A stretch of 64,000 bases of DNA from Sphingomonas sp. (lineage in GTDB: Bacteria > Pseudomonadota > Alphaproteobacteria > Sphingomonadales > Sphingomonadaceae), in the NCBI GenBank assembly GCA_031417655.1, contig JANOVZ010000041.1, forward strand, positions 19,052 to 83,051. Reading direction: 5' to 3'. This document shows, one piece after another, positions 26,805-38,136 of this stretch. Positions within the stretch are counted from its first letter, which is position 1; each line of letters begins with the position of its first letter. The notes beneath the pieces were generated by a model, which worked only from the letters and a program-made list of their open reading frames with translations, was not told where the DNA came from and did no database searches. The translations under genes were made by a program, and so were the position numbers.

Positions 26805-28210
26805 CTCCGCAAAAATTCAGGCGACACGAGCATCAGTGCCAACCCCTCCGCCGGACTTTCGCACCGCGATATGGCGCTCGCCGTCGCTGGCGTCAGCGCA
26901 CCCGCCAGCACAGTCTCCGCCGTTTTGCGCGCATCTGTTTGTCCGCCGCGCGTGGCCAATCGACCGGCCGTCTCGACACGCCGGAACAGCGCATCCGGCC
27001 CCGCCCAGGTTGCATCGACATCATCGAACCCTGCGGGCGACCCCGGCCGCCAAACAGGCTGACCCAACTGATTGAGCATATTCGCAGCCTGCTGCCCTTC
27101 CATCGCCGTCACACCGACCGCGCGCAAGGCTGATACGGACCAGTCCCACGGCGATTTGAACTTGGGTTTCGCAGCCCAAACTTCGGGCGCATCGATCAAC
27201 ACGCGATAGACGCTCGGCAAATCACCGCCCGACAAACGAAAAGCATTTGCCAACCGCTCGACCAGCACAGGCGGCGGCTCATCACCCGTGAAATGCCGCG
27301 CCAGCTTGGTCGCGATATGCGTGGCCGTAGCGGGATGCGCCGCCAGATCGAGCAGCACGGCCTTCGCCTGCCCCTCACCCGTCGCCGCATAGCGCCGCCC
27401 CATGATGGTGCGCTCGCCCGGCTGATGCAGCTGTCGCACAAAGGCGAAATCACCCGGTGCGGCGTCGGTCAGAAACCGCTGCATGGGCCCGCGCGTCACC
27501 CCCGCGACCGTCCAACCCGTCATTGCGCGGGCAAATTCGGTGACGTCCGCTTGCGTATATCCGGTCCGCACGCCCAGCGTGTGCAGTTCCATGATTTCGC
27601 GCGCCAGATTCTCGTTCAGCCCGATCTTGCGCACACCGCGCGCAGCAACCCGCGCACCAATTGCACTGTCCGGCCCGACCGACTGTGCCTGATCGAGATA
27701 CAGCAACATCGCCGGATGCTGCTCGACTGCCATGAGCATATCGGAAAACGTGCCGAGCACATGCGGCCGGATCGCCTCGATTTCGAGCAAACCGCCCATC
27801 CCGACAACAGTCAACTTGTCGGCGGACACCGCAAAATGGTTCGCCCAGAAATGCACCAGCCGTTCGACAAACGGCGCGGACGTGGTGAGCGCCGCATTCA
27901 TCCGCGCGCCCACTAGGCTGAGATAGGCTTCGCGCCCAGCCACCCGCGCCATTTTGCGCGCGGCCTGCATGGCGGGCTTGGCCGAATCATCCTTGCCATC
28001 CGTGTTAGCCCGCAGCCCGCGCACCGTTTCCAGATAATCGGCCAGCTCATTGGCAACGACGGCCCGCGTCGGCGCTGCTGCAAAAGCACTGGGCTTCGGC
28101 TCGAACCGATCAAACTGCGCAACCAATCCGCGCTTGATATCAGGTGCGGCGCGGTCATCGGCGCGCGCACCGAGGCCGAAGCGGTTGCTGGCAATGGCAG
28201 TCATAGTCAT
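26801..28210 (-). CDS. DUF1800 family protein
   Basis: ERLVHFWANHF, PAMLLYLD, NENLAREIMELHTLG; ATGA overlap with DUF1501. Confidence 0.92.
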   Translation of the reverse strand: MTMTAIASNRFGLGARADDRAAPDIKRGLVAQFDRFEPKPSAFAAAPTRAVVANELADYLETVRGLRANTDGKDDSAKPAMQAARKMARVAGREAYLSLVGARMNAALTTSAPFVERLVHFWANHFAVSADKLTVVGMGGLLEIEAIRPHVLGTFSDMLMAVEQHPAMLLYLDQAQSVGPDSAIGARVAARGVRKIGLNENLAREIMELHTLGVRTGYTQADVTEFARAMTGWTVAGVTRGPMQRFLTDAAPGDFAFVRQLHQPGERTIMGRRYAATGEGQAKAVLLDLAAHPATATHIATKLARHFTGDEPPPVLVERLANAFRLSGGDLPSVYRVLIDAPEVWAAKPKFKSPWDWSVSALRAVGVTAMEGQQAANMLNQLGQPVWRPGSPAGFDDVDATWAGPDALFRRVETAGRLATRGGQTDARKTAETVLAGALTPATASAISRCESPAEGLALMLVSPEFLRR

Positions 28211-28244
28211 AGCCGTTCAACGCCTACGACCCACCAACCCTTCG

Positions 28245-29867
28245 CTACTCGCGCTTGAAATCCTTGCGCGTCATGCCGACAAACCGTCCCGCAAGCCCTT
28301 GTGAATTACGCGCCAATATGTCCGCCAGCGTCCGCGTCTGCTCGATTGCCGCCAAACCGAGATCGGTAAAAGCCAGCTTGCGGTTGTCCTTGTTGCCCCA
28401 GACGTGCTCGCTTAGCAGCGGATTGGTCATCGCCTGCGAAAAGGCGTCCATCGCGACCATCGACAAAAGCAGATCAGGCAGCGGCCCGTTGCGTCCGCGC
28501 GCCTCGGCGAACAGGCCGACATAGAATTCGACATTCTCGACTGATTCGTACAGCGTTTTCAACGCCGCCGCGACTGCCGTGCGCCTAGCATTTTCCGTTG
28601 GATTTTTCGATGTGCCGACAAGCTCTGCGAACGATTCCACCCGGTCCTTGCCCATCGCCTCGCGGTAATCATTGAAGCTCGCGATATTATTCGTCCGCCC
28701 CTGAAGGATTGCCATGCCTTCGATCCGCTGCAGAAAGCTGGGCGAATTGCCGATGCCAAGCTCGCTCGCGATGTTGGCCGACACATTCACGAACGATCCG
28801 GCCAGCCCGAGTTGCAACAACAGTGTGTTGTCCGAAAGCTGGTCCATGCCGCGGACTTTTACGCCGTCCCAGACCATCGCTTCGGGGACGAGCGAGTGCC
28901 AGCGATAGAGAAGGCTGAACTCCGCTGTCATCCAGTTCGGCCGGTTCCACCGCGCGCGCCACGCCGCTTCGGGCAACGCGCGGAATTTGAAGACTGACGT
29001 ATTGATGTGGTTGATATACTCCTCGATCACGATCTTGATGAACATCACAATGCTGATGTTGCGCGCAGTTTGGAACACGCGCTCGTCATCCCACGCCGGT
29101 TTGGCGGCCTCGAGCAGCCCGGCCAGCCGGTTGTGCTCGCGCAGGAACAGCGTGTTCATCATGGCAACCTGCGGCGTCGAATTCACGCGGTCACCACCCA
29201 CGGCGAACAAGGTTTCTCTCTTCACCCACGGGTTATCAATGCCCAGCGGCAGATCGAGCTTGGCAAATTCGGGCTTTACCTTGCCATCGGCCCCGTAAAG
29301 GAAAGGCGAGAAATCCTCGCCGTGGATCACTTGCGTTTTCAGCCGCCCTTTCTTGCCCGCAACTTCGGATTTTAGGCGGAGGATATCGGTCTGCACTTCG
29401 GTGCGGCCATACAGCGGGCTCTGATCAATCTCATGGTTCGATGTCGTCCGCCGACGATCCTCCAATATGTCGTTGTTGGCCACTTGCGTGCGGATGAAGC
29501 CATCGGTCAGATATTGCGCGAAGGCCGGGAAGAGGCAGGTTGATTTCGGGCACAGCCGTTGACCTGTTTCGGGGGGCACGAACAGCTTGACGAGGTCGGC
29601 AAGCGGCGGGCGCTTGGTCCCGATGGCATCGGTCGGCGGATAGGGCGATGCGGGTAACAGCCGCGCATTATATGTTCGGTCGGTCAGCCCGCTCCAGCAG
29701 ATGTAATCATAGCGCGTCGACCAGGGATGCGGGCGATTGCGTCCACCGCTCGCCATCTTGCCGATCAGCAGCTCATTGGCTTCCTCGTTCAGCCAGCCTT
29801 TCGAGCCAACGATTTCGCTCAACAGCGATAATCCGACATCTTCGATTTCGCTGCCCATGATCCGCAC
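28245..29867 (-). CDS. Peroxidase-cyclooxygenase superfamily heme protein (COX/fatty-acid dioxygenase-like)
   Basis: FAQYLTDGF, IDQSPLYG, FLREHNRL, EFSLLYRWHSLVP, FNDYR, VEFYVGLFAE. Confidence 0.9.
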   Translation of the reverse strand: MRIMGSEIEDVGLSLLSEIVGSKGWLNEEANELLIGKMASGGRNRPHPWSTRYDYICWSGLTDRTYNARLLPASPYPPTDAIGTKRPPLADLVKLFVPPETGQRLCPKSTCLFPAFAQYLTDGFIRTQVANNDILEDRRRTTSNHEIDQSPLYGRTEVQTDILRLKSEVAGKKGRLKTQVIHGEDFSPFLYGADGKVKPEFAKLDLPLGIDNPWVKRETLFAVGGDRVNSTPQVAMMNTLFLREHNRLAGLLEAAKPAWDDERVFQTARNISIVMFIKIVIEEYINHINTSVFKFRALPEAAWRARWNRPNWMTAEFSLLYRWHSLVPEAMVWDGVKVRGMDQLSDNTLLLQLGLAGSFVNVSANIASELGIGNSPSFLQRIEGMAILQGRTNNIASFNDYREAMGKDRVESFAELVGTSKNPTENARRTAVAAALKTLYESVENVEFYVGLFAEARGRNGPLPDLLLSMVAMDAFSQAMTNPLLSEHVWGNKDNRKLAFTDLGLAAIEQTRTLADILARNSQGLAGRFVGMTRKDFKRE

Positions 29868-29951
29868 CCTCTCAATTGGAAAATGGGGAATATCATGACA
29901 CTTCGAGTCGTCGATTGGATAGAAGCGACATCGTTTTGGTGAGCGCCCTGT

Positions 29952-31118
29952 TTAGAACCCCTCTGGCAAATCAACCGGACCGACGAGTTCGCGGTAGCGT
30001 GCCGCAGCATAACGGTCGGTCATTCCGGCTATGAAATCCCCGATATGGCGGCAACGCGCAGGGTCTTCTTCGGGTAAATTCGCGCGCCAACTTTCGGGTA
30101 AGGTCGAGGGATCGGCGACATAGGCCGCGAACAACCCGCCAACGATCACACTGGCAAGTTCCGCCACGGCCATCTGGCGCGGATGGTGATAGAGATTGTC
30201 ATACATGAACTGTTTCAAGGCGCGCTCGTCTGCTTGCATCGCATCCGAAAAGCCGGCGAGCGGCCGTCCTGCGGCACGAACGTCGTCGACCCGTACGACG
30301 CGCGCTGCCGCCACCCGTGCCCGCGTTTCGACGAGCACATCGTTGACCATCACCCCGATCTGCGCACGGATCAGTTCAGGTAACAATCGGACCTCGGACA
30401 CATCGGGATATCGCCGCTTTACTTCGTCCCAACGCGCGGCGACAAACGGCAGCGCCAGCAGCGCATCGCGCTCCAATATCCCCGACCGCAAACCATCATC
30501 AATGTCATGATTGTCATACGCAATGTCATCCGAGACCGCCGCGATCTGCGCTTCTAACGATGCATGGCTCGACAGATCGAGGGGATAAGCCGCATCTGCC
30601 GCGGCCATTGCCCAACTTGGCTTGACAACCGGCCCATTGTGCTTGGCCAGCCCCTCCAGCATTTCCCAACTCAGGTTCAATCCCGCCCAGCGCGGATAGG
30701 GTGAATCGATCATCATCAGCGCCCGCAACGTCTGCGCATTATGATCGAATCCGCCAACCTCCGACATCGCCGTCTGCAAAGCATCCTCGCCCGCATGGCC
30801 GAACGGCGGATGGCCAATGTCATGCGCCAGCGCCAGGGCCTCGGTCAGATCTTCGTCCAACCCCAAGGCACGCGCCATCGTCCGTGCGATCTGGGCCACC
30901 TCGAGGCTGTGGGTCAGGCGGACGCGGAAATGATCGCCGTCGGGCGCCACAAACACCTGCGTCTTGTGGCGGAGGCGGCGAAAACTGATCGAATGGATGA
31001 TCCGGTCGCGGTCGCGCTGAAACGCGGTGCGTGGCCCGCGCAATTCGCCCAGCGTTTCAAAATGAAGGCGACCCCGGCTCAGCGCGGGATCGCAGGCATA
31101 GGAAGCACGCGGCATCAT
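29952..31118 (-). CDS. dgt: dGTP triphosphohydrolase
   Basis: [43 protein letters not shown]. Confidence 0.94.
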   Translation of the reverse strand: MMPRASYACDPALSRGRLHFETLGELRGPRTAFQRDRDRIIHSISFRRLRHKTQVFVAPDGDHFRVRLTHSLEVAQIARTMARALGLDEDLTEALALAHDIGHPPFGHAGEDALQTAMSEVGGFDHNAQTLRALMMIDSPYPRWAGLNLSWEMLEGLAKHNGPVVKPSWAMAAADAAYPLDLSSHASLEAQIAAVSDDIAYDNHDIDDGLRSGILERDALLALPFVAARWDEVKRRYPDVSEVRLLPELIRAQIGVMVNDVLVETRARVAAARVVRVDDVRAAGRPLAGFSDAMQADERALKQFMYDNLYHHPRQMAVAELASVIVGGLFAAYVADPSTLPESWRANLPEEDPARCRHIGDFIAGMTDRYAAARYRELVGPVDLPEGF

Positions 31119-33079
31119 TTTCCGCTAAGCTTTTCGACCTCCTGTCCGGCCTCGCTACTATACGTCGTTGCAGGCACACCCGCCTTGCCGAGCGCATTGA
31201 CCAGCGCCCGCGCATCCGCCGACGATTTTACCGGCCCTGCAAGGACACGATTGGTCGTTTTATAAGCAACGCTGTAGCCGCTGTAAGGCTTCAAGAGCTT
31301 TTCGTTGCCATCGCGGATCTTGCGCCAAGTGACACCCAGCCCCCGCGCATTGCTGCCCGTGGCGACTTGTACCCACAGCCGTGCTGGGTTTGCCTTTGCC
31401 GCTGCCGCCAGCTTTGCCTTTTCATCCTTTGCCACTTGAGCGGCAGCTGCTGCTTCTGCTGCCGCTGTCACTTTACGTGCCGCTGCGCGCTGGGTGGCGC
31501 GAACTTCAGCTGCCGTCGGCAACGCCACGGGAGCGCTCTCGGCCTCGGGCTCTATCCCCGACAAAATCGATGCCAGTCGACCGGCGGGGGCTGCCGGCGG
31601 TGTCGGCGTTTCAACCGCCGCGATCGCCACCGGGGGGACCGGCTTCGGCGCAACCTCAAAAACAGCAGGTGGCGCTACCACAGCATCCCGCGGCGGCCCG
31701 ACGAACCCCGGCGCAGGCTGGGCAAGCCCCGGATCGGTTTCCATCACCGGAGCGGGCGGCAATGGCGAATTGGTTGTCACTGCTGGTGATGCTAATATCA
31801 ACGGCGTCGGGGTCGCCTGCGCGACCTGAACCGGCGTTGGCGTTGGCGTTGGCACCGGCGTAACGACGACAGGAGCCTCAATGAAAGGGGCCGGGATCGG
31901 CGAAGGCTTTGTTACCTGAAGTGGCGCTGCGGCAATTGCAACGGGCGGCCGCACATTATCCGGCGGCGGCATTGACGTCATCGTCGTCATGCGCGTCGCG
32001 CCGCTTAATTCACCGCGCGCTTCGGGTGGCAGCTTGGTGGGATCGACTGCCGCAATCCGGGTACCAATTCGCGTGCCCAATCGCGCTGAACTGTCGATTG
32101 GCGCAGGCGTCGTAAATCCGGGTCCTGGCATTGGTGTGGCAGGTATGAGCGGCTTTGCCACAGCAACGGAAACAGGCTTGATAACAACAGGCGCAGCCGC
32201 CACGATGGTCGTCCGGCCCAGCGGTGCACCCGACGGGATCAGGCCGTCGCCGACATTGGCGCCGCTCGGCGCGCTCCCGATCGGACGAAAGGGATCACCC
32301 ATCTGAACCGATGCAAAGGTTTGTCCATCGGACGGCATCGTCCCGAAATTCACCGCGTGCGCGCGCTCGGCCGGATTAAGCTTCGCCAGCCGTGACAAAA
32401 ACGGCGACATCGTGCCCGCAAGGCTCGCTGGCATCACTTGCCGCGCAATGCTGTTCGCGCCGGATACATCATTGTTCATGGCAAGAATGAACGCCCGCGC
32501 GCGCCATGCCCCCTGATCCTGCTTACGGAGCAGCGGATCGAGCACGGTCAACGCCTGTGACCGATCCCCCGAGATGCCCAGCGAAAGCGCATAGCGACGC
32601 GTCACTTCGTCGTCCGGACCTTGCTTGAGCGCCACAAGATAGTCCCGCTGCGCCCGGCGATTGTCGCCGCGCAGATCATAGGCAAGGCCGCGGTCTTTCG
32701 CAATTGCTGTCTCAACCATGCCCAGCGACATTGCTTCGCCGAACACACGTAACGCATCATCAGGCTTTTCGAGCATCACTAGCGCTGACGCCAGCCCCGC
32801 CTTTGCCTTGGCGCTACGCGGATCGATTTCCTCGGCGCGCGCAAAGAAACCCAGCGCCGCATTCGGGTCGCCCACATCAATCGCTGCCTGTCCCGCGCCC
32901 AGGAGCGCAAAAAGGTTGCGCGGGTTTGCCGCCAGCGTGCGCAAGTGGACTGACAATGTATTGACCGGATCGGGCGCAGTGACGCCGGGGATCGGCTGCA
33001 CCATCTGGGCAGCGGCAGGCAACCAAAGCGCGCCAATGGCCACGCCAAATACCAACGAGAACTTGTGATGCAAATTCAT
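31115..33079 (-). CDS. TPR plus Pro-rich linker plus SPOR domain periplasmic protein
   Basis: Signal peptide, TPR-like [11 protein letters not shown]-terminal WVQVATG...RVLAGP. Confidence 0.85.
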   Translation of the reverse strand: MNLHHKFSLVFGVAIGALWLPAAAQMVQPIPGVTAPDPVNTLSVHLRTLAANPRNLFALLGAGQAAIDVGDPNAALGFFARAEEIDPRSAKAKAGLASALVMLEKPDDALRVFGEAMSLGMVETAIAKDRGLAYDLRGDNRRAQRDYLVALKQGPDDEVTRRYALSLGISGDRSQALTVLDPLLRKQDQGAWRARAFILAMNNDVSGANSIARQVMPASLAGTMSPFLSRLAKLNPAERAHAVNFGTMPSDGQTFASVQMGDPFRPIGSAPSGANVGDGLIPSGAPLGRTTIVAAAPVVIKPVSVAVAKPLIPATPMPGPGFTTPAPIDSSARLGTRIGTRIAAVDPTKLPPEARGELSGATRMTTMTSMPPPDNVRPPVAIAAAPLQVTKPSPIPAPFIEAPVVVTPVPTPTPTPVQVAQATPTPLILASPAVTTNSPLPPAPVMETDPGLAQPAPGFVGPPRDAVVAPPAVFEVAPKPVPPVAIAAVETPTPPAAPAGRLASILSGIEPEAESAPVALPTAAEVRATQRAAARKVTAAAEAAAAAQVAKDEKAKLAAAAKANPARLWVQVATGSNARGLGVTWRKIRDGNEKLLKPYSGYSVAYKTTNRVLAGPVKSSADARALVNALGKAGVPATTYSSEAGQEVEKLSGK

Positions 33080-33176
33080 GTCCCGTTAAAATAGGGCCGC
33101 AAAACCGTTGGGCAAGCGCAATGGACGTCGCACGAGGCAAAACGACACGTTGTTTCGACAAAATTGGGCTTCGACG

Positions 33177-33204
33177 AAAATGGCCCCGGCTTTCACCGAG
33201 GCCA
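33177..33204 (-). terminator. Intrinsic terminator after ftsZ
   Basis: Minus strand TGGCCTCGGT-GAAA-GCCGGGGCCA-TTTT. Confidence 0.7.
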
Positions 33205-33209
33205 CATCA

Positions 33210-34667
33210 CTACTGGTTATTCTGACGATTAAGGAAACGCGGAATATCGAGCGGATCTTTCGCTTCGGTATCGGGCTCGACCTTCGCTGCGCCGCGCGCG
33301 ATGTTCGACATACGCTCGAACAAGGTGCCACCGCCGGGTGTCACCGGCTTGGCTTCTTCGGCAGTCGGTGCTGGATCAGGCGCGAGCCAGCGGCTGCCAA
33401 CCGACGGATTGGTGTCGTCGAACGAAACCGTTGGCGCAGGTTCGGCTTCGGCTTCGAGTAACAGTTCGTCGACGCTTTCTGCGACCAGTTCTTCAGCCTC
33501 AACGGGCGTATCGAGGATCAGGTCGTCTTCTACCACCGCGTCGGCAATCCCGGCGACTTCAAGCTCGGCAACCGGCTCGGGCGGCGTCAGCACCAGCGGC
33601 GCTTCTTCAACAACCGCTGCAACAGGTGCGGGCGTTTCGACGGTCTTCGCCTTGAAACCCGGGAAAGCAAACACGCGGGCCGGTTCGGGCATTGTCGATT
33701 CTTCGGCTTCGATGCCCGTGGCGACAACCGAAACGCGGATTCGCCCTTCAAGGTCATTGTTGAACGCTGACCCCCAGATGATGTTCGCATCGGGATCGAC
33801 CAGTTCCTTGATGTGGCTGGCCGCTTCGTCGACTTCCATCAGGCGCATGTCCTCGCCGCCGACAATGGAAACGATAACGCCCTTGGCACCCTTCATCGAA
33901 ACACCGTCGAGCAACGGATTGGCAATCGCCTTTTCGGCGGCTTCGATGGCGCGGTTGTCACCCGACGCTTCACCAGTGCCCATCATTGCCTTGCCCATTT
34001 CGCTCATCACCGACCGGACGTCGGCGAAGTCGAGGTTGATGAGACCCGGCATGACCATCAAGTCGGTAATCCCGCGAACGCCCTGTTGCAGGACTTCGTC
34101 CGCCATCTGGAACGCTTCCTTGAACGTCGTCGACGGATTGGCGATCAGGAACAGGTTCTGGTTCGGAATGACGATCAGCGTGTCGACATGCTTCTGCAGT
34201 TCGGCAATGCCCGCGTCTGCCGCTTTCTGCCGACGTGACCCTTCAAAACTGAATGGCTTGGTCACAACACCCACGGTCAATATACCGCGATCGCGCGCCG
34301 CCTTGGCAATAACCGGTGCCGCCCCCGTGCCCGTGCCGCCGCCCATGCCGGCCGCGATGAAGCACATATGTGCGCCTTCAAGCGCACGTTCGACCTGGTC
34401 GATCGTTTCCTCGGCCGCTGCCTTCCCGATTTCGGGACGCGATCCGGCACCCAGGCCTTGCGTGATCTTCAGGCCAAGCTGGATGCGCCGTTCCGCCGAA
34501 CTCGTGTTCAGCGCCTGTGCGTCAGTGTTGGCGACGATGAAGTCGACCCCCTGCACATTCGATGCAATCATGTTGGCGATGGCGTTTCCGCCCGCGCCGC
34601 CGACGCCGATCACGCTGATCCGCGGCCGCAATTCGTCCACCTCTGGTGCAAGAAATTCGATGCTCAT
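33210..34667 (-). CDS. ftsZ: Cell division protein FtsZ
   Basis: [25 protein letters not shown]-terminal [10 protein letters not shown]. Confidence 0.98.
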   Translation of the reverse strand: MSIEFLAPEVDELRPRISVIGVGGAGGNAIANMIASNVQGVDFIVANTDAQALNTSSAERRIQLGLKITQGLGAGSRPEIGKAAAEETIDQVERALEGAHMCFIAAGMGGGTGTGAAPVIAKAARDRGILTVGVVTKPFSFEGSRRQKAADAGIAELQKHVDTLIVIPNQNLFLIANPSTTFKEAFQMADEVLQQGVRGITDLMVMPGLINLDFADVRSVMSEMGKAMMGTGEASGDNRAIEAAEKAIANPLLDGVSMKGAKGVIVSIVGGEDMRLMEVDEAASHIKELVDPDANIIWGSAFNNDLEGRIRVSVVATGIEAEESTMPEPARVFAFPGFKAKTVETPAPVAAVVEEAPLVLTPPEPVAELEVAGIADAVVEDDLILDTPVEAEELVAESVDELLLEAEAEPAPTVSFDDTNPSVGSRWLAPDPAPTAEEAKPVTPGGGTLFERMSNIARGAAKVEPDTEAKDPLDIPRFLNRQNNQ

Positions 34668-34787
34668 CCTCATGTCCCCTTCGACATTGCAAGCGGACAC
34701 TCAAACGGTCCCCTTGACTCTTGTGCACTATTCGATTCGCCGATTCACTATAAAAATTAACGACTCGGCAATTTTCTTCATCTTTCT

Positions 34788-34896
34788 CCCCTTCAGCCCT
34801 TGCTGGAGGGGTCGGGGGTGGCCCCTTTTTCCTCCGTCACAAAGGACGAGGTCAAAGAAAAACCACCCCTAACCCCTCCACGAAGGCGTGGAGGGG
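34788..34896. repeat. REPIN-like element, family A, copy 1 (ftsA-ftsZ intergenic)
   Basis: CCCCTTCAGC-CCTT-GCTGGAGGGG ... CCCCTCCACG-AAGG-CGTGGAGGGG. Confidence 0.9.
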
Positions 34897-34905
34897 AACT
34901 CAATA

Positions 34906-36168
34906 CTAATATCCCGACCGGAATGCGGCCATCATCCGCGACATAAATCCACTCACCGGCATCCGCGTCACCATCTGTCCATCCGCCACAATCGCACGCA
35001 GGTCGACGGGATCCGACGCAGCATAGTGGACCAGACCTGCAAGCGTTGCGAAACCCGGTCCGCTATGCGCATCGGGCAAACCGACCATATTACGCGGTCG
35101 CCCGATGCGGACGGCGCGTCCAAGGATTCCCTGTGCATAATCGGCCAAGCCTTTGAGCTCCGCGCCGCCCCCCGTCAGGACGACTTGTCGCCCGACCGGC
35201 CCCGTAAACCCAAGTTCCTTCAGCGCCTTGCCGACTTCGCCCATCAAATGCTCGAGCCGTTGGCGAATGACCGCGATCAGCGCCGCGCGTGTGATCCGCG
35301 CCGTTTCGCCGGGTTCGTCCTCGGTCGACAGGGGCGCAACTTCGATCATGTCGTGGTTGTCGCGCGGAGAAGCCGTTGCTGACCCTGAATAGCATTTCAT
35401 CCGCTCGGCCTGCGCGCGGCGCGTGCCGAACGCGCTGGCGATGTCATCGGTAATGTCGGCGCTGCCGAACGGGATCGACGTCAGCCCGACGAGCAAGCCC
35501 CCCGCGAACAACGATACATTGGTCACGCCCGCCCCAATTTCGACCAGAGCTACGCCCAGTTCGCGCTCCTCGTCGGATAGGCACGCCATACCTGTCGCCA
35601 CTGGCGACGCGACAATCGACTTCACTTCGAGGTGCGCCGAGCGCACGCATAGATCAAGATTGCGCACTGGCGACCCGTCCGCTGCGACGACATGAATGTC
35701 GACGCCCAAGGTATCGGCGTGCAGGCCCAGCGGTTTCTTCACCCCCCGCAACCCATCGAGTGTATAGAGCGTCGGCTGCGCATGCAGCACCATCCGCCCT
35801 TCGGGATCAATCGACCCGCGCCCCGCCGCGAGCAGTTCATCGATATCTTCCTGCTCGATCCGGTGCCCGCCGAGTTCGACCTCGACTGACGCAATGTCGC
35901 TGATCAGGCTGCCCGCCGAGAACGAAACCCAGACATCTTCGATATTGATGCCCGCAATCCGTTCGGCCTGTTCAACGGCTTCACGCACCGCTTTTTCGGT
36001 CAGATCCATGTCGGCGATGTAGCCGCGCCGCACCCCCTTACTCTCGCGCTGGCCGGTGCCGAGTACGTTGAGCTCACCCTGATCCCCGCGTTCGGCAATT
36101 AGTGCGGACACTTTCCATGACCCGATATCGAGCGCTGTAATCAAATTCTCGCGCCTTGGTGCTGGCAT
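34906..36168 (-). CDS. ftsA: Cell division protein FtsA
   Basis: ALDIGSWKV, EIGAGVT, VLTGGGA; dcw position. Confidence 0.97.
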   Translation of the reverse strand: MPAPRRENLITALDIGSWKVSALIAERGDQGELNVLGTGQRESKGVRRGYIADMDLTEKAVREAVEQAERIAGINIEDVWVSFSAGSLISDIASVEVELGGHRIEQEDIDELLAAGRGSIDPEGRMVLHAQPTLYTLDGLRGVKKPLGLHADTLGVDIHVVAADGSPVRNLDLCVRSAHLEVKSIVASPVATGMACLSDEERELGVALVEIGAGVTNVSLFAGGLLVGLTSIPFGSADITDDIASAFGTRRAQAERMKCYSGSATASPRDNHDMIEVAPLSTEDEPGETARITRAALIAVIRQRLEHLMGEVGKALKELGFTGPVGRQVVLTGGGAELKGLADYAQGILGRAVRIGRPRNMVGLPDAHSGPGFATLAGLVHYAASDPVDLRAIVADGQMVTRMPVSGFMSRMMAAFRSGY

Positions 36169-36326
36169 TAGATGATCCCCCTATTCGTATAATACCGCAT
36201 CCCCGAGCGTAGCCGAGGGGCATGTTCGAGCGCAGCCGAGAACAGCGCGATCGCGTCAACACACCTCGACTTCGCTCGGTGGCGTCCCTCGGCTTCGCTC
36301 GGGAAGGCGGCGTAAGGATATGTCAC
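36168..36326 (-). CDS. 52-aa bridging mini-ORF across the repeat (MTYPYAAFPSEAEG...NRGII)
   Basis: GTG overlaps the ftsQ stop (GTGA); TAA overlaps the ftsA ATG (TAATG); no internal stop. Confidence 0.5.
   Translation of the reverse strand: MTYPYAAFPSEAEGRHRAKSRCVDAIALFSAALEHAPRLRSGMRYYTNRGII
36195..36310. repeat. REPIN-like element, family C (CGAGCG(T/C)AGCCGAG modules, two per arm)
   Basis: CCGCATCCCCGAGCGTAGCCGAGGGG ... CCCTCGGCTTCGCTCGGGAAGGCGG inverted arms. Confidence 0.8.
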
Positions 36327-37231
36327 GCATCCCCCCCATTTTCATTTTCGGCATTCTCGGTCGGCTTGTCGATCGCCGGCTTGTTTTTGCCCACCCGCAC
36401 AAACATCTTGGCCGGGTCGCGCATGTCGAAACGCACGAACCCGCGACCCAGCAACCGGTCGACCCCGTCCATTGCCGCAAATTTATTAAGCGCCGTCGCA
36501 GATGGCTTGTCACCCTCGGGCAGCGCCAGCACTTCACCCGACTGGAATTTCAAATCCCAGCGCCGCCCGCCAACCCAAGTTGCCCCCGCCAGCATCGGCT
36601 TCAAACGCGGTGCATGCGTCATGAGTTCGGTCAGTGCAGTTGCTTGCACATTGGCATCGGGACCGATGACCAGCGGCAAATCGGGCATGGCATTAAGCGC
36701 AACGGGCTCAAGCACAATCCCGCCAGCATCGATCAGCGATAGTCGCCCGCCATTTTGCCAGACAGCCGCAGGCTTGCGCTCGACGATGTCCACGACGAGC
36801 GTATCAGGCAGCCGCCGAGACACCCGCGCGTCGGCAATCCAGCCATATTGCAACAGCTGCGCGCGCACTTTGTCTAAGTCGACCAGCGGCATCGCGCGCG
36901 AGTTCTGGTCCAGCGCGACGGCATAAACCGTCAGCCGCTCCATCCGGTCAATCCCGGTCACTTCGACGCGCTTGACCGCAAAGCCAGCGCGCCCGACAGC
37001 TTCCGCCATCTGGCCACCGACATAGTTTGGCAGTCCAAGCATCACCGCAATCGCGATAACCGCGCCACCTGCCGTGGCCAATATCGTCCACGTCGCCATC
37101 CGCTGCCACATCGCTGCGCTGATCGGGATCGCACCAATCGCGCGCGTCAGCATCGAGGGCGGCTTCTTGCCCCGCGTGCCGCGCTTCGCAACGGGCCGTT
37201 TCCCGCGTTTGATCGTTGCCCCTGCGCTCAT
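36323..37231 (-). CDS. ftsQ: Cell division protein FtsQ
   Basis: Basic N-terminus, TM, POTRA (VSRRLPDTL), DMRDP. Confidence 0.95.
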   Translation of the reverse strand: MSAGATIKRGKRPVAKRGTRGKKPPSMLTRAIGAIPISAAMWQRMATWTILATAGGAVIAIAVMLGLPNYVGGQMAEAVGRAGFAVKRVEVTGIDRMERLTVYAVALDQNSRAMPLVDLDKVRAQLLQYGWIADARVSRRLPDTLVVDIVERKPAAVWQNGGRLSLIDAGGIVLEPVALNAMPDLPLVIGPDANVQATALTELMTHAPRLKPMLAGATWVGGRRWDLKFQSGEVLALPEGDKPSATALNKFAAMDGVDRLLGRGFVRFDMRDPAKMFVRVGKNKPAIDKPTENAENENGGDA

Positions 37232-38136
37232 AATGCGTCTTCCAATATTGTCTGGACCAACTGGTCGTAAGAAATGCCAAGATATCTCGCTTGTTCCGGA
37301 ACTAGGCTGAGCGGCGTCATCCCCGGCTGCGTGTTGACTTCGAGAAGGAACAATCCTTCGACGCTCTTTTCATCATCCCAGCGAAAATCGGACCGCGACG
37401 TGCCTTTGCAGCCCAGCACGCGGTGGGCTTTCAACGCCATGTCGAGACAGGCGTGGGCAATGTCATCCGGGATGTTCGCAGGAAATATGTGCTCGGTCAT
37501 GCCTGCAGTATATTTGGCTTCGTAATTATAAAAGCCGCTTTTTGGCTGAAGCTCAGTGACGCCTAGCGCCTTGTCACCAAGCACGGCTGTCGTCAGTTCG
37601 CGCCCGCGAATGAATGGTTCAGCCAGTAGCTCATCAAATTCCTGCCAAGGTCCGGCGACATCACGGCCAATTGGTGTTCCATAGTTGCTATCGGCGGTGA
37701 CAATCGCAACGCCGACCGATGACCCTTCATTGACGGGCTTCAAGACGTAGGGGCGCGGCAACGGGTCGCCGAGAAAAACACTCTCTGATTTCACAATATG
37801 GCCACCCGGCATCCGAATCCCATGTGGAACCAGTGCTTGCTTCGACAACTGCTTGTCGATCGCGATCACGGACGTGGCCATGCCCGAATGGGTGTATTTC
37901 ACATCCATCAGGTCAAGCATCCCCTGCACCGAACCATCCTCGCCCGGCGTTCCGTGCAGCGCGTTGAACACGACATCGGGCCGGATCGCGGCGATCACTT
38001 GCGCGACATTGCGGTCCATATCGACCCGCACCACCTCATGCCCCAGTCGCTCGCACGCATCCGCCACGCCCGCGCCGCTGGTCAGTGAGACTTCGCGTTC
38101 GGCGGACCACCCACCCATCAGAACCGCGACTTTCAT
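37228..38136 (-). CDS. ddl: D-alanine--D-alanine ligase
   Basis: GGWSAEREVSL, LHGTPGEDG, EGSSVG, EVNTQPGMT. Confidence 0.97.
   Translation of the reverse strand: MKVAVLMGGWSAEREVSLTSGAGVADACERLGHEVVRVDMDRNVAQVIAAIRPDVVFNALHGTPGEDGSVQGMLDLMDVKYTHSGMATSVIAIDKQLSKQALVPHGIRMPGGHIVKSESVFLGDPLPRPYVLKPVNEGSSVGVAIVTADSNYGTPIGRDVAGPWQEFDELLAEPFIRGRELTTAVLGDKALGVTELQPKSGFYNYEAKYTAGMTEHIFPANIPDDIAHACLDMALKAHRVLGCKGTSRSDFRWDDEKSVEGLFLLEVNTQPGMTPLSLVPEQARYLGISYDQLVQTILEDAL

Noticed and set aside
31500-32300. Pro/Ala/Thr-rich low-complexity stretch
   Set aside because: Ordinary disordered linker between TPR and SPOR domains.
33301-34872. 523-aa plus-strand ORF antisense to ftsZ
   Set aside because: Ser/Thr/Ala-rich mirror of ftsZ codons; typical antisense shadow in GC-rich DNA.
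34700-34905. Possible bridging ORF between ftsA and ftsZ
   Set aside because: No start overlapping the ftsA stop, and the nearest TTG frame terminates inside the repeat; serves as a negative control.
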